From NCBI GenBank assembly GCA_963719315.1, contig CAVRBU010000018.1:32001-96000 (forward strand): a DNA stretch of 64,000 nt. The letters run 5' to 3'. A program made the position numbers and the translations under genes. A model generated the notes under the pieces. That model was not told where the DNA came from and did not search any database. It worked only from the letters and a program-made list of their open reading frames with translations. The stretch comes from an uncultured Planctomycetota bacterium. GTDB lineage: Bacteria > Planctomycetota > Planctomycetia > Pirellulales > Lacipirellulaceae. Shown here in pieces: positions 21,874 through 32,780 of the stretch (position 1 is its first letter; every line of letters starts with the position of its first letter).

Positions 21874-22764
21874 ATGCAAACGACCAGGCAGAATCGGATC
21901 GTGGCGACATTCCTAGCCGCCGCAATATTGGCGGGCGCACAGTCGCTCCGCGCACAGCACCAAAATGAAATTGTTGTCGAAAACAACATCGAGTACTCGA
22001 ACCCGGACAACCAGCACCTGCAACTCAACATGGCCCAGCCCAAAAGCCCTGGCCCACACCCAGCCATCCTCTGTATCCACGGCGGCGGCTTCCGCGCCGG
22101 CTCGCGCGAGACCTACGACGGCCTCATCAAGAAGCTGGCCGAAAACGGCTACGTCGCCGTGACCGTCACTTACCGCCTCGCTCCAAAGTATCAGTTCCCC
22201 GCGGCCGTCTTCGATGTGAAGGCCGCCGTTCGCTGGCTCCGCGCGAATGCCGCGAAGTACGACATCGATCCCGACCGCATCGGCACCACCGGCGGCTCAG
22301 CCGGCGGACACCTCGCACAGTTCCTGGGCGTGACCGCCGACCAGAAGCAATTCGAAGGCGATGGCGGCAATCCGGACCAATCGAGCCGCGTGGCCTGTGT
22401 CGTCAACTTCTACGGACCCAGCGATTTCACCCAGTCGTACGGCAAAAGCGTCGACGCCGCCGAAGTGCTGCCGCTCTTTCTCGGCGGCAATCTCGAGCAA
22501 GCCCGCCAGCGGCACATCGTCGCGAGCCCGCTCTACTGGGTCACGCCAACGGCCGCCCCGACGCTCTGCATCCATGGCACGAACGACAACTACGTCGCCT
22601 TCGAGCAAGCCGGGTGGATCGTCGACCGCCTGAAAGCAGCCGGCGTCGAGGCCGAACTGCTGCCTATGGAAGGCTCGGGCCACGGCTTCAAAGGCAAAGC
22701 GGCCGAAACAGCCGACGCCGCCATGCTCGCCTTTTTCAACGCGCACCTTAAGAAGCAGCCGTAG
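21874..22764 (+). CDS. Secreted alpha/beta hydrolase (esterase/lipase, HGGG type)
   Basis: Signal peptide, IHGGGF, GGSAGGHL nucleophile, HGTNDNYV, SGHGF. Confidence 0.88.
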   Translation: MQTTRQNRIVATFLAAAILAGAQSLRAQHQNEIVVENNIEYSNPDNQHLQLNMAQPKSPGPHPAILCIHGGGFRAGSRETYDGLIKKLAENGYVAVTVTYRLAPKYQFPAAVFDVKAAVRWLRANAAKYDIDPDRIGTTGGSAGGHLAQFLGVTADQKQFEGDGGNPDQSSRVACVVNFYGPSDFTQSYGKSVDAAEVLPLFLGGNLEQARQRHIVASPLYWVTPTAAPTLCIHGTNDNYVAFEQAGWIVDRLKAAGVEAELLPMEGSGHGFKGKAAETADAAMLAFFNAHLKKQP

Positions 22765-22890
22765 TGCTTTGTCACAGCTAAAAATTGGGGTTGGGCGCAT
22801 CAGCCGCAGGGCGCTAGCCCCCGGTTTGTGCCGCTCCAACCGGGGGCTAGCGCCCCGCGGCTAATCCCAAAATCAAGCTGTAACAAAGCA
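22765..22890 (+). mobile_element. MITE copy 1 (126 bp), TIR TGCTTTGTCACAGCT, flanked by GTAG direct repeats
   Basis: Near-identical reverse-complement copy at 39639-39765; GTAG at 22761-22764 and 22891-22894. Confidence 0.88.
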
Positions 22891-23230
22891 GTAGGTCAGT
22901 TTCTCCGAAGCTGAAAGCCCATGGTTGTGCGCGGTCGGAGAAACTCGCCAACAATCGGTGCTACTGCCGGCTCATCCGGTAGTGCTTGTGACTGCGATTC
23001 CCTTGCGGCATCTCTGAAACAAACTCTCAACAGCTCTGTAGCAAAGATTTCTGCCTTGGCGATTCGCGCCAATTATCGGTGTGGACCAGAGAGCTTCTGC
23101 ATTGCCTCCGCGACCGCTGCGGCTCCGCGAGAAACTTTTCGTCAAGCCCCTGTTTTTGTGCCACGCTCTCTCCAAAATTTTTCCGTCGCTTTTGGCCGCG
23201 CACTGTGCTAATGTCGATGTCCGAACCGTG

Positions 23231-23320
23231 AACCACGAAATACCGAATAGCGCGGATTTAAAAGAGCATTTCTCTTGAGGCGCCCGCACAAGCATCTGTG
23301 CCCATCCGGTCATCCGTGGT
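23231..23320. repeat. Degenerate 9-mer-repeat hairpin (ACCACGAAA.. / ..ATCCGTGGT)
   Basis: aaccacgaaataccgaatagcgcggat pairs with atctgtgcccatccggtcatccgtggt. Confidence 0.5.
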
Positions 23321-23743
23321 AACAAACCGTGCCAGGAACGTGCAACTATGGAAGCAAACTCGGCGACTTTTGCACCGCGATCGATCCGCAACGCCTCGGG
23401 ACTTGCAGTCTCTGCTCGCCCGCCGGGCGCGCAATACTCGGGACTTTTGCACGCGAAAAAAAATATCTCACGTCGCGAGCAAAATTCAACCCGTTGTGCC
23501 GCAACAGGTTGTGGATCCAACGCGCCAGCCACGCAAGCGCAAAACGCCTCGGCCGCACTGGAATTCTCGGGCATTTCGCAAATCGTTTCGCACTCACTTT
23601 CGATCACAACAAACGCAATTCCAATCCCGCCGCGACGTTCCGCCGCAGCCTCCCCACTCCCCACTCCCCACTCAAAGAGCAGAGGCGCCCAGGTGGCGAA
23701 CCACCCAGGCGCCCCCAGGGCACAACGGGGAGTGCAAAGTTTT

Positions 23744-24334
23744 TTACACGGCGGACGCCGTTTCCAGTTGCCGCGCGAGTCGCTTCCGTGCCACGTGCAG
23801 CCGGCGCTTGATCGTACCGATCGGCGCCGCGAACGACGTGCTCATTTGGGCGAGCGATTCGCCCCGCACGTAAAACGCTTCGAGCGTGTGCCGATCCAGC
23901 TCGCCCAACCGCGCGAGGCCGCCGCGGACTTGGGTCGCTCGCTCGTGGGCCAGCACGGCGTCGAGCGGCGTGTACGACTCGATGCACGTGGCATCCAGCG
24001 TCTGCGGCTCCGTCGCCACAACCGGCGCTCGCCGCACCTGACGATTGATCGCCATCCGCACCGTGATCGACCGCAGCCAACCGGCGAACGCCGCCGGCAC
24101 CTTCAACTGCTCGATCTTCTGCATCGCCTTGACGAGCACTTCCTGGCACAGCTCCTGGGCTTCCGCGTGGTTGCTGAGCCGGCGCAGCGCGATCGCATAG
24201 ACCATCGGTTCGAATCGCGTGGCCAGTTCGCCAAACGCTTCCCGGTCGCCGTCTTGCGCGGCGGCGACCAGGTACTCGAGTGGGGTAGCTTCGATCTCGG
24301 TTTCAGATTCGCATTCGTAGCAGGCGGTGGACAT
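23744..24334 (-). CDS. ECF sigma-70 factor
   Basis: AAQDGDREAFGEL, AQELCQEV, FAGWLRSITVR, PIGTIKRRLHVARKRL. Confidence 0.9.
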   Translation of the reverse strand: MSTACYECESETEIEATPLEYLVAAAQDGDREAFGELATRFEPMVYAIALRRLSNHAEAQELCQEVLVKAMQKIEQLKVPAAFAGWLRSITVRMAINRQVRRAPVVATEPQTLDATCIESYTPLDAVLAHERATQVRGGLARLGELDRHTLEAFYVRGESLAQMSTSFAAPIGTIKRRLHVARKRLARQLETASAV

Positions 24335-24521
24335 GGATCTCTCTTTTTTCGGAAGCGATCGCTGAGCGACTCAGGCGACCGGGGGATATGCTGGCGAACG
24401 GCACAAAACCCGGTTGGTCTTGATGCGAAGGAAAATACCAACGCAACAGTGACCAGGGGCTGGCTCAGTCGGCGGCGATTTTTTGTTTGCTGATTCGGTG
24501 TCCGCCGTGGCGGACGTTTTA

Positions 24522-24824
24522 TCAGCAGTCGCCGACTGTGCCGGGGTCGACTACGACGCCCGACATCCAGCGCTGGTGGCGCTGGTGGCCCGTGCCCGAA
24601 TAACTCGGACACGTCGCCATGGCGGGCGTCATCTCGCGCAAGGCGAGTGACCCGGCTAGCGTCCGCTTAAGCGAACGCCAACTGCCGCGCAAGGAAAGAC
24701 GGCGCGCGAATTTGGTAATGAGGGTGCGCAGCGTGTTCCGATGCGTCGCTTCGACGACGTTGACAATACCTTGGGCATTCAAGTTGAAGCCAAGAATCGT
24801 GCTGTCGAAGTGATTGAATCGCAT
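24522..24824 (-). CDS. Possible small hypothetical/leader protein upstream of the ECF sigma
   Basis: ATG preceded by GAGG; 100 codons; no recognisable domain. Confidence 0.3.
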   Translation of the reverse strand: MRFNHFDSTILGFNLNAQGIVNVVEATHRNTLRTLITKFARRLSLRGSWRSLKRTLAGSLALREMTPAMATCPSYSGTGHQRHQRWMSGVVVDPGTVGDC

Positions 24825-24955
24825 CGTTGCCTCGCTGCGCCGCGCGCCGAATAAAAGAAAACCAATGCAGAAAAAACGGCTAAACCAGGAACGGCGGCCA
24901 AAACCGCCACGCCCAACTCAAGCTTCTCACGGCTCCGGGGTGAAGTCAAGCGAAT

Positions 24956-25007
24956 GTAGGCCGCTCGCTCCGCGAGCGGAATTCATCCCGCGGGGCGGGA
25001 TGACCAC
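24956..25007. repeat. GTAG/GTGG-type REP doublet
   Basis: gtaggccgctcgctccgcgagcgga followed by inverted gtggtcatcccgccccgcgggatga. Confidence 0.6.
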
Positions 25008-25220
25008 ACTTTTCGGCCGAACTTTCTCCCCGGCCGCCCCTTAGACACCCCGATCGGCCGCCCGGTTCGCGGCGATTGGAGAAAATCCGGAAAATCCGAA
25101 AGTAGGCGGTTTTACCGCATATTCGTAGGTGAATTCGCAAGAATTCAGATGCCCAGGACAGAATATTGGCGAACTCTGCTGTGTCAGCCGCAGCAGCCCG
25201 ACAACCGGCCGCAAGCAAGC

Positions 25221-25442
25221 TCAGATATCGTCGCCGTAGAACTCGGCGTTGAAGAGCCTGTCGAGCTCATGATCCTCAACCGCACGCTGCTTGGCCGCTT
25301 GGTAGATGTCGCCGATTTGCACCGGCGGCATCAAGCGGGCCGCCGCAGGCTGTTGGCCATCACCCCTTGCGGGCATCGCGCCCAGGTTAAACGTGGCGGG
25401 ACCGATGTTCGGCAGGAAACTTGGAACATGATTGGGAAACAT
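25221..25442 (-). CDS. Small hypothetical protein
   Basis: 73-aa ORF with protein-like composition (IYQAAKQRAVEDHELDRLF). Confidence 0.5.
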   Translation of the reverse strand: MFPNHVPSFLPNIGPATFNLGAMPARGDGQQPAAARLMPPVQIGDIYQAAKQRAVEDHELDRLFNAEFYGDDI

Positions 25443-25911
25443 ATCCGCCCCCGCTAGCAGCGCCAGCACGAATTAATCGACATGCCTTGAACACCATCGA
25501 CGACTCAAATTCCGTTTATTGCCCAAATTTTCTTATTGCGGGTTGCACGAGTTATGCCGCCTCAAACGTCACACTGCATTTTGCCGCGCGTCATGCTAGC
25601 ACGCGATCAAACGATGCACTGCGGAGCGTTGGCACGCATAGCCGTTCACTTACGTTCACACCAAATAATTGTATGCAGATGGCAAGCTGACATTGACTGC
25701 ATTTCTCAAACGGGTTTTCATAACTACTAGCTATGCCTGCTCGGGTGCATCGAGAGGCGCGTTTTCATTGGGCTGCGACAACTCACTGGGCCTCCGGAAG
25801 TTTCGCAATCAACCTGCCAATCATCAACGGACCGTGGCCTTACTCAACGGAAGCCTAGCTTCCCCCTACGTAATCCGCGCGATGATTGGCCAATCGGAAG
25901 GAGTCTGTTTC

Positions 25912-26395
25912 ATGGCATCGTCTACATTGTTGGAACGAGGTTCATCGGCTGTCGCGCCGTTCTCGAGCCCGATCCAAGGCTTCCAGCCGGGTTCGCTTCC
26001 GGCCGGCTCGCCGGCGAGTGCGAATTGGTGCGTGCTGCCGCGCTGCTCGGTCGAATTCGAAAAGACGTTCGAGCGGCTGCAAGATTCATTGCCGTTGCGA
26101 CGACGAAGTCGCCCGCGGCACGTTGCAGAATCTGTGCCGCATGCTGGCCGACGGAATGTGCAGTTGCTGCTGCACGCTGAACGGCATTCCGTGCTGCCAA
26201 ATTAATTTGACGGCCGGTATTTGCAAGTGCGAATACACCAAGGATGGCTGCTGCATCAGCTGCACCAGCGGCGACAAGGCCTGCGCGGCGATGATCCAGG
26301 CCTGCTGCAATTGCCTCAACACGTGCTGCGAGAGCGGATGCTGCTGCTACATCTGCTTCAACAACACGCCGATTTGTTGCGGTACCAGCGCGTAA
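25912..26395 (+). CDS. Cysteine-rich protein (~160 aa, 29 Cys); frameshift near 26066
   Basis: ATG after AAGGAG; joining frames gives MASSTLL...WCVLPRCSVEFEKT-SGCKIHCRC...CCGTSA. Confidence 0.75.
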
Positions 26396-26453
26396 TCGAT
26401 GCAAGTCGGCACTTGTCCGATCGTGCGGCAAGTAGGTCGATTGAAAAAGAGAA

Positions 26454-26496
26454 GCCCCGGGCGGTTGGCGGCCAGGCCGTCAACCAAACCGGGGCG
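26454..26496. terminator. Hairpin between convergent genes (probable terminator)
   Basis: gccccgg..ggttggcggc cag gccgtcaacc..ccggggc. Confidence 0.5.
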
Positions 26497-26537
26497 TTCT
26501 TATTCAATCATAAATTCTCAATTTCAAAGCAGAGTAG

Positions 26538-27479
26538 CTACCGTTGCGTCTCGGTGGATGTCGAAGTCCGCTGCGCCTGGGCTGACCGTTTGCCGCTGGC
26601 CTGCAATTGCATCGCCAATTGCTTGGCTTGATTCAAATGCTTCTGGACGGTTGGCCGGGCCTCGCCGGAAGCTTGCTTCAGCGGACCCTTAGTTTCTTGC
26701 GAGATCACTTCGAGAGCAGCCAGCATGTGCATATGCCCGGCGATCTGAGATCCCACAAAGCACTCATCGAACTCGGCCCCGGACTTCTGCTGAAGTTCTT
26801 CGCGCAATGCCTGTAGGCAACGCTCGTCGATCTTCTGTTCGATGCCGGCCAGTTGATGGAGAGCTGCATTGCCATGCATTGCCGGATGTGCGGCAGACGT
26901 GCCGTCGCTGGTGTCGCGGCTCAACTCATTGGTGGCCGATGGCGTGACGGCATTGGGCGCTGCTGGATCGAACGCGGAAGTAATTGGCCGTCCTCCGGTA
27001 GCGTCAATTGTCGTGCGATCGGTTCCCGGTGCTGTATTTGCGTTTGGCGATGAGCCCGCACGATGCGCTGCTGCCAATATACCGACAATTTGCTCAAGCT
27101 GCTGCGCAAGCTGCCGATGGTCCTTCGTGAGTTCCTCCGCAAATTGTTTCACCTGCGGATTCTGCGATTGCCGTACGGCAAATTGGCTGAGCTCGACCTC
27201 GGCCTTATTGTTGTTCAGCAAGCAATTCGCCAAATAGCGCTCCACTTCCTGTCCAGGCTGCGCGCCTGCCTGTGCTCCGCGATAGCCCGCGGTGTACGGC
27301 TGGCCTCGCAACACACGCTGGCCAGTTTGCGGCACTTGCGCTCGGTCAATCTGACCCGTGCGACTTGAATCATTTTGACCTGTGGTCGGATTGATCTCGG
27401 CGGCTGTAGCGATGGTTAGCAGCAAACAAGACAATCCGGCCGCGACGACACCAACTCCCATTCTCTGCGATGCGGACAT
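26538..27479 (-). CDS. Secreted DUF4142-domain protein
   Basis: Signal peptide; AEVELSQFA..QSQNPQVKQFAEELTKDH; SGAEFDECFV..QIAGH; VQKHLNQAKQL. Confidence 0.8.
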   Translation of the reverse strand: MSASQRMGVGVVAAGLSCLLLTIATAAEINPTTGQNDSSRTGQIDRAQVPQTGQRVLRGQPYTAGYRGAQAGAQPGQEVERYLANCLLNNNKAEVELSQFAVRQSQNPQVKQFAEELTKDHRQLAQQLEQIVGILAAAHRAGSSPNANTAPGTDRTTIDATGGRPITSAFDPAAPNAVTPSATNELSRDTSDGTSAAHPAMHGNAALHQLAGIEQKIDERCLQALREELQQKSGAEFDECFVGSQIAGHMHMLAALEVISQETKGPLKQASGEARPTVQKHLNQAKQLAMQLQASGKRSAQAQRTSTSTETQR

Positions 27480-27651
27480 AGTGTCACTCCCTTCAAGCTA
27501 TTGGGGTTCCGCGTGATGGGGCAACACAACGCCGCCCCGACCTGGCACTTACCAAGCAAATCGAGTGCCGGCGCGGACGAGATATCTGACCCATTTCGGG
27601 TCATGACTGACGGCGAAGTAAGACTCGGTCAAGATGACCGGGATTCGCGAA

Positions 27652-28524
27652 TCAGTTTTGATTGCGAGGGCGTTTACGATTGTTTTCGCCGCCCGGTGGA
27701 CCGGCGTTGGGCTCAGCGCCGGCGCCCCAGGCTTTCATGCGGTCGCCCATTCTTGCGGCGATTGCCTGTAGCTCTCCAGCGTCAATCGCGCCGTCGCCGT
27801 TGGTGTCGCCGCCTCGCAACACTCCCATCATCTGTGGCGGAACTTCGTTTGCCGTCAACCGTCCATCGTGATTGCGATCGTACTGAAAGAAGCGTCCCAT
27901 GGCTTCGTTTCCGCGACGTCCCGCGGCACCAGCGCCATTAGCCCCGCCGGCCAGGTTTCCATTTAGGTTTCCCCGCGCCTCGCCGCGCCCCGTTCCCATC
28001 GCGGCTAGCTCTTGGCGGTCAATCGCGCCGTCGCCGTTCAGGTCGGCGCCTTGCAGCATTTGCCTTTCGTTTTCGTTCAGTTCGTCGGGAGTGAGTCGGC
28101 CGTCGCCGTTTTTGTCCTTCGCCATGATTCGGTCGAGCCATTGCGTAGCATCGTTTGCAACGGCCCCGACGCCACCCGCCGCCGCGGCATCCCCGCCGCA
28201 CTCGGCAAGTGTGATATTGCCGTCGTTATTCGCGTCGAGCTTCTTCAGCGACAGGATTGCCTTTTTGAGTTCTGCTTTCGAGATGACTCCATCGCCATCA
28301 GTATCAAGCGCGGCGAACAACGCGTTAGGTGCGCCGGTGCCTGCTCCGGGTGCGCCCACCGGGATCGGATCACCAGGATTCGCGGGCGGATCCGCCGGTT
28401 TGTCGGCCGTTTTGGCCGCGTCAGCTTCCGGAGCCTTTCCGCGCAAAGCGGGACTGTTCGAGAATTGGGCGGAGGCCGTGGCAGTGAACAAGAAAATCAA
28501 CGATGCGCACAGTAGCGATTTCAT
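27652..28524 (-). CDS. Secreted multi-EF-hand calcium-binding protein
   Basis: Signal peptide; six EF loops DTDGDGVISKAE, DANNDGNITLAE, DKNGDGRLTPDE, DLNGDGAIDRQE, DRNHDGRLTANE, DTNGDGAIDAGE. Confidence 0.9.
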   Translation of the reverse strand: MKSLLCASLIFLFTATASAQFSNSPALRGKAPEADAAKTADKPADPPANPGDPIPVGAPGAGTGAPNALFAALDTDGDGVISKAELKKAILSLKKLDANNDGNITLAECGGDAAAAGGVGAVANDATQWLDRIMAKDKNGDGRLTPDELNENERQMLQGADLNGDGAIDRQELAAMGTGRGEARGNLNGNLAGGANGAGAAGRRGNEAMGRFFQYDRNHDGRLTANEVPPQMMGVLRGGDTNGDGAIDAGELQAIAARMGDRMKAWGAGAEPNAGPPGGENNRKRPRNQN

Positions 28525-28811
28525 CTCTCTGTTCCTTTGTCAGGTTGTCTGACGATCGGTGCGACGAACGCGCGGCGATAACGAGGGCGATTGTTGGCTC
28601 GGGTTTGGCCAATTGCATTGTACCTTGTCGCCGCCGGCAAGAAATAGAGCCCCGGCCTTTGGCGGTAGGGCTCGAAAAACGGCGGCGTTGGGTGACGAAA
28701 TCGCGGGAATCGCCCGATTTTTTGCGGGCGAGGGCGGGCGGGAACAGCTCGATCAAGATGGGCGAAGCGGAAGAGTTGGCGGCGTTCGCCACGCCAAGCC
28801 GCAAGCGGCCG

Positions 28812-29063
28812 CTAAGGCCTGAGAGCGCTCTGCGGCTGGCTCTTGATGGCTTCCTTTTGTTCCTGCATGGCTGCGGCTTCTCGGGCCAGTTTGAACTCGG
28901 GCCCCGGAGCATAATACTGAACGTCGTCGGTTAGATACCAGGGACTGGGGAGCGTCACCCCGGCCATCTCGACCTGGCAACCGGTAAGCAGCATTGCGGC
29001 TGGCCACAGGCAAATCATCGCGATTTTCCAGCCGGCCGAGTGCTTGGGTTTTGTATGGTTCAT
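28812..29063 (-). CDS. Small lipoprotein
   Basis: Lipobox LLTGC followed by TLPSPWYLTDDVQYYAPGPEFKL. Confidence 0.7.
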   Translation of the reverse strand: MNHTKPKHSAGWKIAMICLWPAAMLLTGCQVEMAGVTLPSPWYLTDDVQYYAPGPEFKLAREAAAMQEQKEAIKSQPQSALRP

Positions 29064-29467
29064 CGTTCCGTCTCTCTGCCAACTGCAGCCGATGGTCAAG
29101 ACTTTCCGCCGGGACTCCGGCGGGTGTCGCTCCACCGTACAACCGTTATCGTCTGCATAATCGGAAAACTTTGCGAAGTTTCAGAGTTTGTCACTTTGGG
29201 TCCGCTAGCTCGATGCATTGCTGGCGGGAAACCTCATTCGGGGCACTGCTGCGGGCTCGTCCGCCGCGGCGGACTTGAAGTCAGCCACTCAACGGCGAGT
29301 CTCACGAAGTGCCACAGAGGGGTGTTACAGACAGGATTGTCTGCCCTTCAGCGGAAACTTGGTAGAATGAAAGCAAGCGCCGGCCGGCGAATGGAGAGAG
29401 GCCTTCTTCGCGGAGTAGCGGCGTCTGATTGCTGCAACTGCTAGTCCCACGTCCAGGAGGCCTGGCA

Positions 29468-32400
29468 ATGCGAATAATAGCACGCCGCTTGTTCGGCGGC
29501 GCGATGCTGGCACTGCTGTTGGCTTCGGCGTCACCCGCGCAACTTACCGACGAAATTCCACACGCGTCGTACTACGCCTCAAAAGCAGCGTTTTATTCGG
29601 GCGATTATCGCGACGCCGAGCGAAATCTCCGCCGCGAGCGTGGCGTCCGCACCACGCAGGCGAATTGGATTGATTCCATCTGTTATCACGCCATGCTCGG
29701 CGAAGTGCTGTACCACGAGGGCCGCAATGCGGAAGCGCTCACCGAGTTCGATCAGGCGTGCCAGGTATTTCTGGCATATCCCAATTGGCTGTTGCAGGTA
29801 AAGTTTCAATCGACTTCTGCTGGCGGTCTGCGACCCGATCCGAATCGCGCACGCCGCGCCCCGACGTGGGGACAAAGTTCGCGCAATTTTGTGTTGGGAC
29901 AATTTCCCGCGGCCGAGCAAGTCTTGGTGGGCGACCTCAACGCTCAGGAAAAGTATCAAAAGGGTGGCGTCGTAAGCGTACCCATGTATTGGCGAGTCAA
30001 CGTGGCGGAGATCATGCGGACAACGGCACTGGCTATTCGCCGTCGAAATGAGTTGCTCGGCCCGCTCGCGCCGCAGGATCCGATCTCGAAACAATTGTCG
30101 GCAGCGCTCGCCAGCAATAGTTTAGCTCCGGCCAATCATTGGTCGAATGCCTGGATCGACGTACTCCGCGGTTGCGCAAGAGGGAATGGGCAAGCTCGAC
30201 GAGGCCGATATGCTGCTCGGCCGCGCGCTCGTAGTTGACGGGCAGTTCGATCATCCGCTGACGAGTGTGGCGTTGTTGGAGCAAGGTCGAATTGCGATGG
30301 CCAAAAACGACACGCGGCGGGCCGCCCAGATATTGGCCGAAGCCGGCTTTTCGGCGTTTTACTTCGAAGATTGGGACGTGCTCACGGAAAGCGCGCTCAA
30401 CGGCTGGATCAATCACCTCGCCTCGAATGGAGCTGGTGTGTATCCGCCGCTCGACGCAATCGCGGCCTGGGCGCAACTAAACCGGTTGCAACACATCGGG
30501 GTCAAACTGCGGCTCGCGCAGGCGGAGAGTTTGCTGTGGCTGGGGCAGAATTCGGCGGGAGCCACGCTGTTGGAAGACGCAGGGCGTCGAATCGGCGAGA
30601 TGAGAAACGGTCTGCCCGGTATCCATCTATTGTATTTACAGGCTGTCGTCCAATTATTGCAAGGCAAGACCGAGCAAGGAGGCGACACGCTGACCCGGGC
30701 GCTCGCGGCGCAGGCTGGCGCGTCGCTGCGCAATTTTCAGATTCTGCGCACGAATCAGTTGTACGACAGCCGGATTGCTTCGCCGCGCTTGGCGGTGGAT
30801 TTCTACAAAGCGCTGTTGGCGGATCCGACTCCGGCCGAGTGGGTTCGCAGCCCGCTCGATGCGATGGCCGTGTTGCAAACGGGCCAAGATGCGGCCTTCG
30901 ATCGTTGGTTTGTTGCGGCGCTCGAGCGAAAGGATGCCGGGCTCGCGCTGGAAATTGCCGAACGGGCGAAACGCCGGCGGTATCTTGCCGCGCAGCCCTT
31001 CGGCGGGCGGCTGCTCGCGCTCCGCGCGATTCTCGAATCGCCGGTGGCCGACCTTTCTCAGGAAGCCGTCTTGCAACGTCAACACATTCTGACCAGTTTT
31101 TCCAACTACCAAGCGCTTATGGATGCTGGGCAGAAGATTCGCGATCAACTTCTGGTGAGCCCGATTCTGGCCACCAACCCCACTGAGATCAAAACGCTCA
31201 GCCCGCTGTACGACGCTTGGGAACGCAATGCGGTTGAGCGGCAGCACTTGCTGACGAAAATCGCGGTCCGCCGATTGCCGTCGGCCTGCGAGTTTCCGCC
31301 TTATCTTACAACCGCCGAATTGCAGCAATCGTTGGCCAGCGGCGAGTCGCTCGTCGAATTCCACGCCGCTGCCGGCAACCTATACGGGTTCTTGCTCACC
31401 AAAACGGATGCCCGCATCTGGCAGCTTCCCGATGCTCGGCGGCTGCGAGCCGGGCTCGCGGATTTTCTGAAGGCGATGGGCAACTATGGGGCGAATCGTC
31501 AACTGTCTATCGCCGAATTGAAGGACGACACTTGGCGGGAGTCGTCGAAGGCGGCGTTTACCACGTTGTTCGGCGACGCCAAGCTCGACCTGACCAAGAC
31601 GACCGGCCTGATTATCGTGCCCGACGACATTTTGTGGTATCTGCCATTCGAAGTGCTGACGCCTGCCGGCCCGAAAGGCGCGGCGGACCCGGAGAAAGTC
31701 TTGTCCGATCGCTTTCTGGTTCGCTACGGTCCGACCGGCGCGCTTGCGGTCGCCCGACCACAACCTCTACGGCGGCCGCAGCACACCGGAATCGTCGCCA
31801 ACGATTTGAAGTTTGGCGGCGATGAAAGCGCTCGTGCGGCGCTCGTGCAAGAGCTCGAGAGTGCGTCTACCGGGCCGCTCGTCTTTGCGGACTCGCTGCC
31901 GCAACCAGCAAACTTGATTTCACCGCTCATCGACCAATTGGTTGTAATGGACGATATGGCGGCGAATGCCGATATCGGCGAAGCGGCCACGCTGTTGCCG
32001 CATACGCGCGGCACGAACAAGGACTCGCTCAACGCTTGGATCACGCTGCCGTTCGGTGGGCCAGAGCAAATTGTGCTTACCGGCGTCGCGACCGAGGCAG
32101 AGCAGGGACTCAAGACTTCCAAGCGGGGTCCGAAACGCATGCGGCCGGGGGGCGAGGTCTTTCAGTCGCTGTGCAATATGATGGCGGGCGGCGCCCGCAC
32201 GATTCTGATGACGCGCTGGCGGACCAGCGGCCGCACGAATTTCGACCTGGTCCGCGAGTTCGCCAAGGAGTTGCCCGACGCGCCTGCGGCCGACGCCTGG
32301 CAACGAGCGTGTCTATTGGCGCGCGAAGCGCCACTCGATGCGGCGCGTGAACCACGGCTAAGGCGGTCGGATGAAACAGGCGATTTGCCAACGGCGGATC

Positions 32401-32672
32401 ACCCGTTTTTCTGGGCTGGCTACATTCTGGTCGATACAGGTCCTCGGCCGGAGCCAGTGGTAACGCCGGAGCCAGCAAAACCGACGACGCTCGACGTTGC
32501 CAATGGGAAAGAGTTGCCTGCGCCGGCGAAGGTGGGTGATGCAGTCGCGAAAAAGCCGGAGGGCGACGCAGCGAAGTCCAACGACGAAACTGCGAAGCCA
32601 ATGCCGGATGAATCAGGGCAGGGTGCACCCAGCGCCGCGAAACCGGTTGATGCCGCGAAACGCGACGAATAA
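29468..32672 (+). CDS. Secreted TPR-like + CHAT-like domain protein; frameshift near 30172
   Basis: Signal peptide; helical repeats; LIIVPDDILWYLPFEVL, MAGGARTILMTRW, HPFFWAGYILV typical of CHAT domains. Confidence 0.75.
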
Positions 32673-32780
32673 GGCCGGCCCCGATGCCATGCCTTTGCCG
32701 CCAGGCGTCGTCGTCATATCGGTGTAATGCAAAGCGCATGCTATCGCAGCTTGATGCCGAGAAAGCATGCCACCCGATTT

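Noticed and set aside
23348..24493. 381-aa plus-strand ORF
   Set aside because: Overlaps the ECF sigma gene antisense and has no recognisable protein features
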